From: Oscillospiraceae bacterium | GTDB lineage: Bacteria > Bacillota > Clostridia > UBA1212 > UBA1255 | Assembly: GCA_015069185.1 (NCBI GenBank) | Contig: SVJB01000004.1 | Location: 58,853 to 122,852 of the forward strand | Reading direction: 5' to 3' | DNA length: 64,000 bases | Part shown: positions 9,535 through 18,534 of the stretch, piece by piece | How positions within the stretch are numbered: the first letter of the stretch is position 1 | Layout of the letters: each line of letters starts with the position of its first letter | The notes under the pieces: generated by a model | The model's input: only the letters and a program-made list of their open reading frames with translations | The model's database searches: none | Told to the model about the DNA's origin: nothing | Position numbers and translations under genes: made by a program

Positions 9535-12010
9535 AGATTTTTGGAGCAAAGTCAAATGGATTTCTGCTGCTCCCACAGAAGGTGCAGAAGGCATACCTCT
9601 TTTTAGAAAAAAATTTACTTTAGATAAAAAAGTTGCTAAGGCTACATTATATGCAACATCACTTGGTGTATATGATGCATACATTAACTCACAGAGAGTG
9701 GGCAATGACGAAATGAAGCCGGGCTGGACAGACTATAATAAGCGTGTGCTTTATTATGATTATGACATAACAGACATGCTTTTAGAAGAAAACTGCATTT
9801 TGTTTGCAGTGGCAAGCGGTTGGTGGCACGGTCGTATTTCATATGGCACATATCCTGATAACGATATTGCACTTGCTGCCTACATTGAGATTGAATATGC
9901 AGACGCTACTATAGAGCGCATTGCGACTGACAGAACATGGCAGTCAAAGATAGGCGGTCCTGTTGTATGTGCAGATATTTGGGATGGTGAGACATATAAC
10001 GCAAATGTTGATTCGTATGCAAAGATGTCAACAGTAGCTTATAGAGGAACTAAGTGGAAGAAACCTGTACTTTTCAAACATTTTCACGGAATAATCACAA
10101 AGCATATCGGTCCTACAGTAAGAGTGCGTCCGCAGATTTCTCCCGATCCGGTTAAGTCTGTATTGTATTCGTCAATCAATGACAATGGTACAGATTTCGG
10201 TGAGATTATTGAGGACAAGGTGGTTACAGGTACATATACAGGCAAGATCAAGGCCGGTACTACTCTGGTTGTTGATATGGGCCAGAATATGGTTGGTTGG
10301 CAGAATGTTACAATCAAAGGCAAGAAGAATACTACAGTCACATTCAGATATGGCGAGATGCTTAATGATTCAGGCAGTAAAGATCGTGGTAATGATGGTC
10401 CCAAGGGTTCTATATATACAGCTAACTACAGAAGTGCAAAGTCAATCGGTAAATATGTTATGAGTGGCTCCAAAGATGGTGAGAATTATAGACCGAACTT
10501 TACATTTTTTGGTTTCAGATATGTTGAGATTACTGCAGATAAAGATATAAATCTGATAAGCTTCAAGGTTGAGTTTGTGAGCACAGAGATGACAGAGACA
10601 GGCTATGTTGAGACATCTAACAGCGATGTTAACCGCCTTATCAGTAACGTTCGCTGGGGACAGCGTTGCAACTATCTCAGTGTACCTACAGATTGTCCTC
10701 AGCGTGATGAGCGTCTTGGTTGGACAGGCGATACTCAGATTTTTGTTGGTACAGGCGCGTATAATGCAGATGTACGTGGTTTCTTCCATAAATGGATGCA
10801 GGATGTACGTGATAGTCAGTTTGATGATGGCAGATATACGGATGTTGTGCCACGTTCACGTGTTGTAGGTCAGGGTAATGCTGCTTGGGGTGATGCCGGT
10901 ATCATAGTTCCGTATGTGATCTACAGAATGTATGCTGATATCGATATTATTAAGGAATGCTACGCGTCAATGACAAAGTACATGAATTTCCTTATCAAAA
11001 AAACAAATATGAACGGTCCCAATGGTGGTTACGGTGACTGGCTTGCGTATGAGCCTACTGAGACTCAGTATATTGGTGTTGCTTATTACGCATATGACGC
11101 TACCTTGATGAGTGAGATGGCCGAGGCACTTTGCAACGATGCAATGCAGTCAGGTAATGATGCTCTTGGTGAAAAGTATGCCAGAGATGCACGTAAATAT
11201 AGAAGCCTTTTCAAGAAGGTTAAGAAGTATTTTCAGGGTAGATATATGCCGGAAGGTGAGCTTACTCAAACATCACAGACAGCATACTTGCTTGCTCTTT
11301 ATTTTGACTTGCTCCCTAAGTCATATGCAAAGAAAGTTAAGAAACTTCTCTTGAATAAGATTAAAGACAACGGCTACAAGCTCAGTACAGGTTTTGTCGG
11401 TACAGGTATTATAAACAAAACACTAAGTGAGATCGGTGCTACCAACATGGGATATTCACTGTTACTACAGACAGAAAATCCGTCTTGGTTGTATAGCGTA
11501 TACCAAGGTGCTACTACAATTTGGGAAAGATGGAATTCATATACTTTGGATACAGGTTTTGGCGATGTTTCTATGAACTCGTTTAACCATTATGCGTATG
11601 GTTCAGTACTTGAGTGGGTATATAAGTATGTAGCAGGTATTGATACTGCTAAGGACGAGCCTGGATATAAACATATTATACTCAGACCTATGCCTGATAC
11701 ACGTACAGACGCAGAGTTACCTGACGGACAGAGCCGTATTACATGGGTGCGTGCGAAATATGATTCAGTCGCGGGAACAATAGAGAGTAGCTGGTATGTG
11801 GGAGAGGATCTTTTCACATATGAAGCCCTGGTACCTGAAGGGACAATTGCTACTGTATACATTCCTGTTTTTGACAAAAATGCAAAGACAATTGTCATAA
11901 ATGAAGTGATTCATCCAACAGATGAGTATACAGTAGAGGAAGTTTCAGGTGTTCAATGTTACGCGATTAATTGTGCACCGGGTAATTATACATTCGAGAT
12001 TATGATGTGA
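9524..12010 (+). CDS. Alpha-L-rhamnosidase, glycoside hydrolase family 78
   Basis: A GH78 N-terminal pattern (KWISA...PLFRKKFTL...ATLYATSLGVYDAYINSQRVG) and the six-hairpin catalytic-domain motif PTDCPQRDERLGWTGDTQIF, at 828 aa. It overlaps the trmFO stop by 11 nt. Confidence 0.8.
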   Translation: MKNKDFWSKVKWISAAPTEGAEGIPLFRKKFTLDKKVAKATLYATSLGVYDAYINSQRVGNDEMKPGWTDYNKRVLYYDYDITDMLLEENCILFAVASGWWHGRISYGTYPDNDIALAAYIEIEYADATIERIATDRTWQSKIGGPVVCADIWDGETYNANVDSYAKMSTVAYRGTKWKKPVLFKHFHGIITKHIGPTVRVRPQISPDPVKSVLYSSINDNGTDFGEIIEDKVVTGTYTGKIKAGTTLVVDMGQNMVGWQNVTIKGKKNTTVTFRYGEMLNDSGSKDRGNDGPKGSIYTANYRSAKSIGKYVMSGSKDGENYRPNFTFFGFRYVEITADKDINLISFKVEFVSTEMTETGYVETSNSDVNRLISNVRWGQRCNYLSVPTDCPQRDERLGWTGDTQIFVGTGAYNADVRGFFHKWMQDVRDSQFDDGRYTDVVPRSRVVGQGNAAWGDAGIIVPYVIYRMYADIDIIKECYASMTKYMNFLIKKTNMNGPNGGYGDWLAYEPTETQYIGVAYYAYDATLMSEMAEALCNDAMQSGNDALGEKYARDARKYRSLFKKVKKYFQGRYMPEGELTQTSQTAYLLALYFDLLPKSYAKKVKKLLLNKIKDNGYKLSTGFVGTGIINKTLSEIGATNMGYSLLLQTENPSWLYSVYQGATTIWERWNSYTLDTGFGDVSMNSFNHYAYGSVLEWVYKYVAGIDTAKDEPGYKHIILRPMPDTRTDAELPDGQSRITWVRAKYDSVAGTIESSWYVGEDLFTYEALVPEGTIATVYIPVFDKNAKTIVINEVIHPTDEYTVEEVSGVQCYAINCAPGNYTFEIMM

Positions 12011-12045
12011 TACACTGACATACAGTTAATATTTTATATGTAACT

Positions 12046-12088
12046 AAGCCGGCATTTCACAGATAAAACCAGTGAAATGCCGTTTTTT
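12046..12088 (+). terminator. Rho-independent terminator after the GH78 gene
   Basis: GGCATTTCAC-loop-GTGAAATGCC followed by TTTTTTT. Confidence 0.75.
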
Positions 12089-12102
12089 TAGGAGGGATTC
12101 AA

Positions 12103-13461
12103 ATGGATTTTACAGTACAGGATATAATTGAATTGTTGAAAAATAAACAGTACAAGCAGCTACGAGCCACGCTTGCCGAAATGTATCCGTATGAAATTGC
12201 GGAATTATTTAACAGTCTTAGCAATGAATATGTTCCTTTGGCCTTCCGATTGTTACCGAAAGAACTGGCTGCAGAGACCTTCGTTGAGATGGATAGCGAT
12301 GCACAGGAATTACTTATTAAGAGCTTCTCTGATTCAGAACTTAAAGAAGTCATCGAAGAACTATATATCGATGACGCGGTAGACATTGTTGAGGAGATGC
12401 CGGCAAATGTAGTGCGCAGAATGCTATCGCAAGCAACTCCCGAGATGCGTCGTAACATAAACGAAATACTGAAGTATCCTGAATTGAGTGCCGGCAGTAT
12501 TATGACAACAGAACTGGTGGAGCTTAAGTCATTTATGTCTGCAGGAGAGGCAATTACCAGAATCAGACGTACAGGAGTAGATAAGGAGACCATTAACACT
12601 TGCTATGTTACGGCAGGGGACAGAAAATTAATAGGTGTTATTTCTTTAAGAACATTAATTCTTGCAGAAGAGGACAGTATTGTTGCAGATCTGATGGAAA
12701 CAAATGTTCTTAGCGTTAATACCCTTGAGGATCGGGAAATAGCCGCTGATATGTTTAATAAATATAACATTATTGCGCTGCCCGTTGTTGATAACGAGTC
12801 ACGTCTGGTAGGTATTATTACTGTTGATGATGCTATGGAAGTTATGGAAGAAGAGGTTACAGAAGACATCGAAAAGATGGCAGCTATCGTACCTGGTGAT
12901 AAACCATATCTGAAAACCGGTGTGTTTGAGACATGGCTGCGTCGTATACCATGGCTATTATTACTTATGATATCAGCTACTTTTACAGGTAGTATAATTA
13001 ATTCATTTGAAAAGGCGCTCACCGCATTACCTGTATTGATTTCGTTTATACCAATGCTTATGGATACAGGTGGTAACGCCGGAGGGCAGGCCTCTGTAAC
13101 AGTTATCCGTAGCCTTGCTATCGGAGATATTGAGATGAGTGACATCCTGAGGGTTGTATGGAAAGAGCTGCGCACTGCTTTTATATGTGGTATAACTCTT
13201 GCTGCTGTGGGTTATGGCAAGATTTTGTTAGTTGATAATATGATTATGGGTATGGGAGTATCACAAATGGAAGCCCTGGTTGTCTGCATAACAATATTTA
13301 TTACAGTATTATGTGCCAAACTTGTAGGTTGTACATTGCCTATTCTGGCAAAGAAAATCGGACTGGATCCTGCTGTTATGGCAAGCCCATTTATTACGAC
13401 CATTGTAGATGCAATATCCCTGGCAATTTTCTTTGCTTTGTCAATGTTGATATTGTTATAA
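12103..13461 (+). CDS. mgtE: Magnesium transporter MgtE
   Basis: An MgtE N-domain, tandem CBS domains and a C-terminal five-TM MgtE channel domain (PMLMDTGGNAGGQ). The 92-nt leader is too short for an M-box riboswitch. Confidence 0.9.
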   Translation: MDFTVQDIIELLKNKQYKQLRATLAEMYPYEIAELFNSLSNEYVPLAFRLLPKELAAETFVEMDSDAQELLIKSFSDSELKEVIEELYIDDAVDIVEEMPANVVRRMLSQATPEMRRNINEILKYPELSAGSIMTTELVELKSFMSAGEAITRIRRTGVDKETINTCYVTAGDRKLIGVISLRTLILAEEDSIVADLMETNVLSVNTLEDREIAADMFNKYNIIALPVVDNESRLVGIITVDDAMEVMEEEVTEDIEKMAAIVPGDKPYLKTGVFETWLRRIPWLLLLMISATFTGSIINSFEKALTALPVLISFIPMLMDTGGNAGGQASVTVIRSLAIGDIEMSDILRVVWKELRTAFICGITLAAVGYGKILLVDNMIMGMGVSQMEALVVCITIFITVLCAKLVGCTLPILAKKIGLDPAVMASPFITTIVDAISLAIFFALSMLILL

Positions 13462-13607
13462 ATAGTATAAAATGTTGTAAAAATATGCAGTAATTATCAA
13501 AAATAATTATTTGTAAAAAATACTCTTGTGGAAATAATAAAAGAATGTTAAAATATTTTAAAAATTGTTACAAAAGTCGAAGCAATGTCTTTGACAAAGG
13601 AGGAAAC

Positions 13608-14369
13608 ATGAAAAAAATAATTTGTTTTATTTTAAGTATTAGCATGATGGTAGCGCTCGTTCTTCCTATGGCTGTTTCAGCTGCAGAGGAAACATTTGTT
13701 TTTGCTACTGAGGAAGATTATGCAGAATTAGGAGTTAATATTGCTACTAAGGCTGAAGCTGATGCTGATACAAGTTTGTATAATGTTGATGGCAAAGTTG
13801 TTAATTTTCGTGCCAGCACTTCTCCGGCAGCTTTCAAAGGTGCAACTGATGAGAGATGGTTAATTCCTGGATGGGGAAATGCATATAGTAAAGAATCCTC
13901 TCTGTATCTCGGCAGTAATTCTTATGATATGTCTAAGGTTACATCTATTACAATAGACTGGCTAGCAAATAAGGCCGCTGGTAAAACAAATGTTGTAGCT
14001 TTGACCAAAGACGCAGCAGGCACAGAAGTAGTTGCGATAGCCAATATTACAGAATTGGATTTGGCAGGAAACATGGCTGAAAAATACACTTCTACCTTAA
14101 CTGTTACAGATGCAACATATAACGGACCGGTATACCTGTATATGAACGCACAAACCCGTATGTTCTTAGGTAATCTTCAGATTACTGTAGATAACACTAT
14201 TGGCGATACAGGCAGTGACAATACAGGTAGTGATAACACAGGCAGTGATAACACAGGCAGTGATTCAGGCAACACAGAGACTAACCCGGAGACAGGTGAC
14301 TTTGGTTTGATCGCTCTTGCTTTTGCAGCGGTTTCTTCAATCGTAATTAAGAAAAAGAAGGAAATCTGA
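13608..14369 (+). CDS. Small secreted protein with a C-terminal sortase-like sorting signal (NPETG, hydrophobic segment, KKKKEI tail)
   Basis: An AAGGAGG RBS precedes ATG 13608. The signal peptide is MKKIICFILSISMMVALVLPMAVSA. A low-complexity GSDNT x3 linker is followed by TNPETGD, a hydrophobic stretch and a basic tail. The ORF track begins earlier at 13545. Confidence 0.65.
   Translation: MKKIICFILSISMMVALVLPMAVSAAEETFVFATEEDYAELGVNIATKAEADADTSLYNVDGKVVNFRASTSPAAFKGATDERWLIPGWGNAYSKESSLYLGSNSYDMSKVTSITIDWLANKAAGKTNVVALTKDAAGTEVVAIANITELDLAGNMAEKYTSTLTVTDATYNGPVYLYMNAQTRMFLGNLQITVDNTIGDTGSDNTGSDNTGSDNTGSDSGNTETNPETGDFGLIALAFAAVSSIVIKKKKEI
14206..14268 (+). repeat. In-frame 15-nt tandem repeats (ACAGGYAGTGAYAAY x3-4) encoding a (T)GSDN linker
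   Basis: The repeat is directly visible in the sequence. It is a candidate for length polymorphism. Confidence 0.7.
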
Positions 14370-14396
14370 TTTTTCTAAAAGTTAATTAGTAATCAT

Positions 14397-14432
14397 CAAA
14401 GCGGAACATTAGTGTTCCGCTTTTTTATTTGA
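14397..14432 (+). terminator. Rho-independent terminator after the secreted-protein gene
   Basis: AAGCGGAACA-loop-TGTTCCGCTT followed by TTTTTATTT. Confidence 0.8.
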
Positions 14433-14537
14433 GTCAAATTCAAAAGCAGGATGAATTACATCTTTTTCACCTTGACACAAAACGTCTTCGGCGATAGAAT
14501 ATCTTGGTTAGAATATACTATTTCAGGAGGCGTTTTT

Positions 14538-16511
14538 ATGTCTTTATCAACAATCATTAAGATATCGAACAAGTACGGTTCTAAGCCTGAATTTGTACTT
14601 GCCGGTGGCGGTAATACTTCCTACAAAGATGATAATTATCTTTATATAAAGGGTTCAGGTACTACACTTGCCACAATCAAAGAAGAAGGCTTCGTTAAGA
14701 TGAACAGAGCAAAGCTTAGCGCTATGTTCGACAAAAAATATTCTGAAGATACAGTTGCCAGAGAGGCAGAGGTATTAGAGGATATGATGGATGCAAGAGA
14801 GAAGAGTGAACTCAGTAAACGTCCTAGCGTTGAGACTTTACTTCACAATCTTATCAACTATACATATATCGTACACACACATCCGTCTATGCTCAATGGT
14901 CTTACATGCGGCAAAGATGGTGAGAAGATTGCAAAAGAACTTTTCGGAAATGACATTATCTGGATTGAATGCGTAGAGCCGGGATATATTCTTGCTGCAA
15001 AGCTCAGAGAGGCAATGATCGCTTATAAAAACGAGACAGGCAAAGATGCTGATGTGATCTTACTTCAGAATCATGGTGTATTTATTGGCGCTAACTCAGA
15101 AGAAGAAATTGATGCTAAGACAGATGCTGTTTTCTCAAAGATTAAGTCTAAGATTACTCGTGAGCCTGATTTTTCTGAAGTTGAGTTTGACAAAGAGCGT
15201 GCAGCTCTTATTGCTCCGGCTATCAGAATGATGCTTAAAGGCGACAACGCTACATCAATTTTAACATTCAGAACAAATAAGGAAGTAATGAATTTTGTGG
15301 AGAGCCGTGAGGCTTTCTATCCTGTTTCTTCTGCTTATTCACCTGACCATATCGTATATTGTAAACCTTTCCCGCTTTTTGTAGAAGCTAAGGAAGATAT
15401 AGAAGAGCAATACGCAGCTATTAAAGTAGCTATCGAGGAATATACAGCTAAGAATGGTTTCGCACCTAAGATTGTTGCTATTCAGGGTCTTGGTTTTTAT
15501 GCTTGGGGTACTTCAAAGAAAAATGCTGACATTTGTGCAGAAGTATTTATTGATGCTTGCAAGATCGGTGTATTTTCACAGAGCTTTGGCGGTAGCCAAT
15601 TTATGTCAGATTATATGATCAACTTTATCTGTAACTGGGAAGTTGAGTCCTATAGATCTAAGGTAAGTCTTGGCGGTGGCAATGCAAAGAGACTTGACGA
15701 GAAAATTTCTATCGTAACAGGTAGTGCACAGGGCTTTGGTCAGGGTATTGCTGATGAGATGCTCAAGCAGGGTGCTAACGTTGTTATAGCAGACCTTAAC
15801 TATGAGCTTGCTGCAACAAACAGTGCTAAGATGAATGAACTCTATGGTAAGAACAAGACAATTGCATGTAAAGTAGACGTAAGCTCAGAAGAAGCAGTTG
15901 CAAGCATGGTTTATGATACAGCTTTGGCATACGGCGGTCTCGATGTATTTGTTAACAATGCAGGTATTGCTATTGCAGGAGGCTTAGAGGAAATGACAGT
16001 TGGTAAGTTTGATTTAGTAACTAAGATTAACTACACAGCTTACTATATCTGCGCTAAGTTTGCTTCCAGAATCATGAAGATTCAGAATAAATTTGCTCCG
16101 AAGTATATGATGGATATTATCCAGATCAACTCAAAGTCAGGCCTTTCCGGTAGTAAAAATAACTTTGCTTATGCAGGCAGTAAGTTTGGTGGCATTGGTC
16201 TTACTCAAAGCTTTGCTCTTGAGCTCGTTGGTTACAACATCAAAGTTAACGCAATTTGTCCAGGAAACCTTCTCAACGGTCCATTATGGTCAGATCCTGT
16301 TAAGGGATTATTCGTTCAATACCTCAATGCAGGTAAGGTTCCAGGCGCTAAGACAGTAGAGGATGTACGTAAGTTCTACGAGTCTAAGGTTCCTATGAAC
16401 AGAGGCTGTGAGACTATCGATGTAGCTCGTGCTATTCTCTACATTATTGAGCAGGAGTACGAGACAGGACAAGCAATTCCTGTAACAGGCGGACAGAATA
16501 TGCTTAACTAA
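14538..16511 (+). CDS. Bifunctional class II aldolase / short-chain dehydrogenase, similar to rhamnulose-1-phosphate aldolase/lactaldehyde dehydrogenase RhaEW (YuxG)
   Basis: The N-terminal ~400 aa form a class II aldolase/adducin-like domain. The C-terminal ~250 aa form an SDR (ISIVTGSAQGFGQ glycine motif; Y..K catalytic pair YAGSK). Total length ~660 aa. A GGAGG RBS precedes ATG 14538. Confidence 0.7.
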   Translation: MSLSTIIKISNKYGSKPEFVLAGGGNTSYKDDNYLYIKGSGTTLATIKEEGFVKMNRAKLSAMFDKKYSEDTVAREAEVLEDMMDAREKSELSKRPSVETLLHNLINYTYIVHTHPSMLNGLTCGKDGEKIAKELFGNDIIWIECVEPGYILAAKLREAMIAYKNETGKDADVILLQNHGVFIGANSEEEIDAKTDAVFSKIKSKITREPDFSEVEFDKERAALIAPAIRMMLKGDNATSILTFRTNKEVMNFVESREAFYPVSSAYSPDHIVYCKPFPLFVEAKEDIEEQYAAIKVAIEEYTAKNGFAPKIVAIQGLGFYAWGTSKKNADICAEVFIDACKIGVFSQSFGGSQFMSDYMINFICNWEVESYRSKVSLGGGNAKRLDEKISIVTGSAQGFGQGIADEMLKQGANVVIADLNYELAATNSAKMNELYGKNKTIACKVDVSSEEAVASMVYDTALAYGGLDVFVNNAGIAIAGGLEEMTVGKFDLVTKINYTAYYICAKFASRIMKIQNKFAPKYMMDIIQINSKSGLSGSKNNFAYAGSKFGGIGLTQSFALELVGYNIKVNAICPGNLLNGPLWSDPVKGLFVQYLNAGKVPGAKTVEDVRKFYESKVPMNRGCETIDVARAILYIIEQEYETGQAIPVTGGQNMLN

Positions 16512-16549
16512 TAAGCAATGTAATTAAAATATAGTCAAAGGATTAACAA

Positions 16550-18520
16550 ATGGCAAGAAAAGATACTTACGATAATGAAAGTATTAAGTCGCTTAAGGGG
16601 CCTGACAGAGTCAGGCTCCGTCCTGCGGCTATTCTGGGCTCTGATGGCCTGGAAGGTTGCGAGCATACTTTCATCGAAATACTCGCAAACTCAATAGATG
16701 AAGCCCGAGAGGGTTACGGTAAGGTAATTGAGATTACCAGATTCAAAGATCATTCAATACAGATTCGCGACTACGGACGCGGATGTCCGGTTGATTACAA
16801 TGCCAAGGAAAAGCGTTACAACTGGGAACTTGTATATTGCGAGCTTTACGCCGGTGGCAAATATAACAACAACTCAAGCGGAGATTATGAGTTCAGTCTT
16901 GGTCTCAATGGTCTTGGTAGCTGTGCTACACAGTATAGTTCTGAATATATGGATGTAACCGTTTATAAAGACGGTTTTAAATACGATTTACATTTTGAAA
17001 AAGGATACAACAAGGGCGGCCTCAAAAAGGAGCCCTGTCAATATAAGCAGTCAGGTACAATACAGAAGTGGAAGCCTGATTTGCAGGTTTTCACAGATAT
17101 TAATATACCACTTGAATATTTTCAGACTGTTCTCAAGAAACAGGCCGTTGTTAATGCCGGTCTTAAGTTCAAGCTCTTTGACGAGGCATCCGGTGAAAAG
17201 TTTGAGTACCTCTATGAAAACGGCATTATAGATTACGTAACAGAGTTATCTCAGGATCAGGGCTTTTCTTCTCCTCAATATTACGAGACAAGTACTAAGG
17301 GACGTGATCGTGATGACAAGCCGGAATACAAGGTCAAAATGCAGTTTTCATTCTGCTTCAACAATAAAATCAATGTAATTGAATACTATCACAATTCAAG
17401 TTATCTGGAAAATGGTGGTTCTCCGGATAAAGCCGTAAAGGCTGCCTTTGTGGCAGAAATTGACAAATACATTACAAAAGAAGGCAAATATACTAAGAAT
17501 GAAGATAAAATCTCCTTTGTAGATATTGCAGATAGCTTGATTATCGTAACTAACTCCTTCTCAACAGAGACGAGCTACGAAAACCAAACAAAGAAAGCTA
17601 TTACAAATAAGTTTATAAGAGAAGCAATGACTGACTTCATTAAGAAGAATCTGGAAGTTTATTTTATTGAAAATAAACTTGAAGCAGATAAGATTATGGA
17701 GCAAGTGCTTATAAATAAGCGTAGCCGCGAGTCAGCAGAGAAGCAGCGTGTTAATATCAAGAAGAAGCTGCAAGGCAATGTTGATATGACAAACAGAGTT
17801 AAGAAGTTTGTTGATTGCCGTACTAAAGATGTAGCGCGACGCGAACTCTACATCGTAGAGGGTGACTCTGCTCTCGGTTCTGTAAAGCTTGGTCGCGACA
17901 GCGAGTTCCAGGCAATTATGCCGATAAGAGGTAAGATACTTAACTGCCTCAAGGCTGACGACAGTAAGATATTTGATAGTGATATTATAACAGATCTGGT
18001 GCGTGTGTTAGGATGTGGCGTGCAGCTTAAGAGCAAACATAACAAAGACCTGTCAATGTTTGATATTAATCTCCTTAAATGGAATAAAGTTATTATCTGT
18101 ACCGATGCGGATGTGGACGGATTCCAGATCAGAACATTGGTGCTTGCGATGATTTACAGACTGATGCCTGACTTGATTGAACAGGGTAAGGTGTTTATTG
18201 CAGAATCACCGCTGTATGAGATTAATACTAAGAAGGATACATATTTTGCCTATGATGAGAAAGAAAAGGCAAAGATCTTATCAGAAATTCAAGGTAAATA
18301 TACAATTCAGCGGTCAAAAGGACTAGGTGAAAATGAACCTGAAATGATGAAGCGTACTACTATGAGTCCTGAGTCACGTAGGCTTATCAAGGTAATGCCC
18401 TATGAGGCAGAGGAGACTGCAAGAGTATTTGAGATGCTCCTGGGCGACGACTTAGAGGAACGTAAAGAACATATAAGACTGTTTGGACATCTGTATCTTG
18501 ATGACTTGGATCTTGCGTAA
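16550..18520 (+). CDS. Type IIA topoisomerase B subunit, divergent (ParE/GyrB-like)
   Basis: A GHKL ATPase N-terminus (FIEILANSIDEA), a TOPRIM domain (LYIVEGDSALGS ... CTDADVDG) and a ParE-like length of 656 aa. The N-terminal region is unusually divergent from canonical GyrB. Confidence 0.75.
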   Translation: MARKDTYDNESIKSLKGPDRVRLRPAAILGSDGLEGCEHTFIEILANSIDEAREGYGKVIEITRFKDHSIQIRDYGRGCPVDYNAKEKRYNWELVYCELYAGGKYNNNSSGDYEFSLGLNGLGSCATQYSSEYMDVTVYKDGFKYDLHFEKGYNKGGLKKEPCQYKQSGTIQKWKPDLQVFTDINIPLEYFQTVLKKQAVVNAGLKFKLFDEASGEKFEYLYENGIIDYVTELSQDQGFSSPQYYETSTKGRDRDDKPEYKVKMQFSFCFNNKINVIEYYHNSSYLENGGSPDKAVKAAFVAEIDKYITKEGKYTKNEDKISFVDIADSLIIVTNSFSTETSYENQTKKAITNKFIREAMTDFIKKNLEVYFIENKLEADKIMEQVLINKRSRESAEKQRVNIKKKLQGNVDMTNRVKKFVDCRTKDVARRELYIVEGDSALGSVKLGRDSEFQAIMPIRGKILNCLKADDSKIFDSDIITDLVRVLGCGVQLKSKHNKDLSMFDINLLKWNKVIICTDADVDGFQIRTLVLAMIYRLMPDLIEQGKVFIAESPLYEINTKKDTYFAYDEKEKAKILSEIQGKYTIQRSKGLGENEPEMMKRTTMSPESRRLIKVMPYEAEETARVFEMLLGDDLEERKEHIRLFGHLYLDDLDLA

Positions 18521-18534
18521 GAGGAGGGGATAAA

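Noticed and set aside
12011-12102. M-box (ykoK) Mg riboswitch upstream of mgtE
   Set aside because: The gap is 92 nt and is largely occupied by the terminator of the upstream gene. An M-box needs about 160 nt, and none of its conserved helices is visible.
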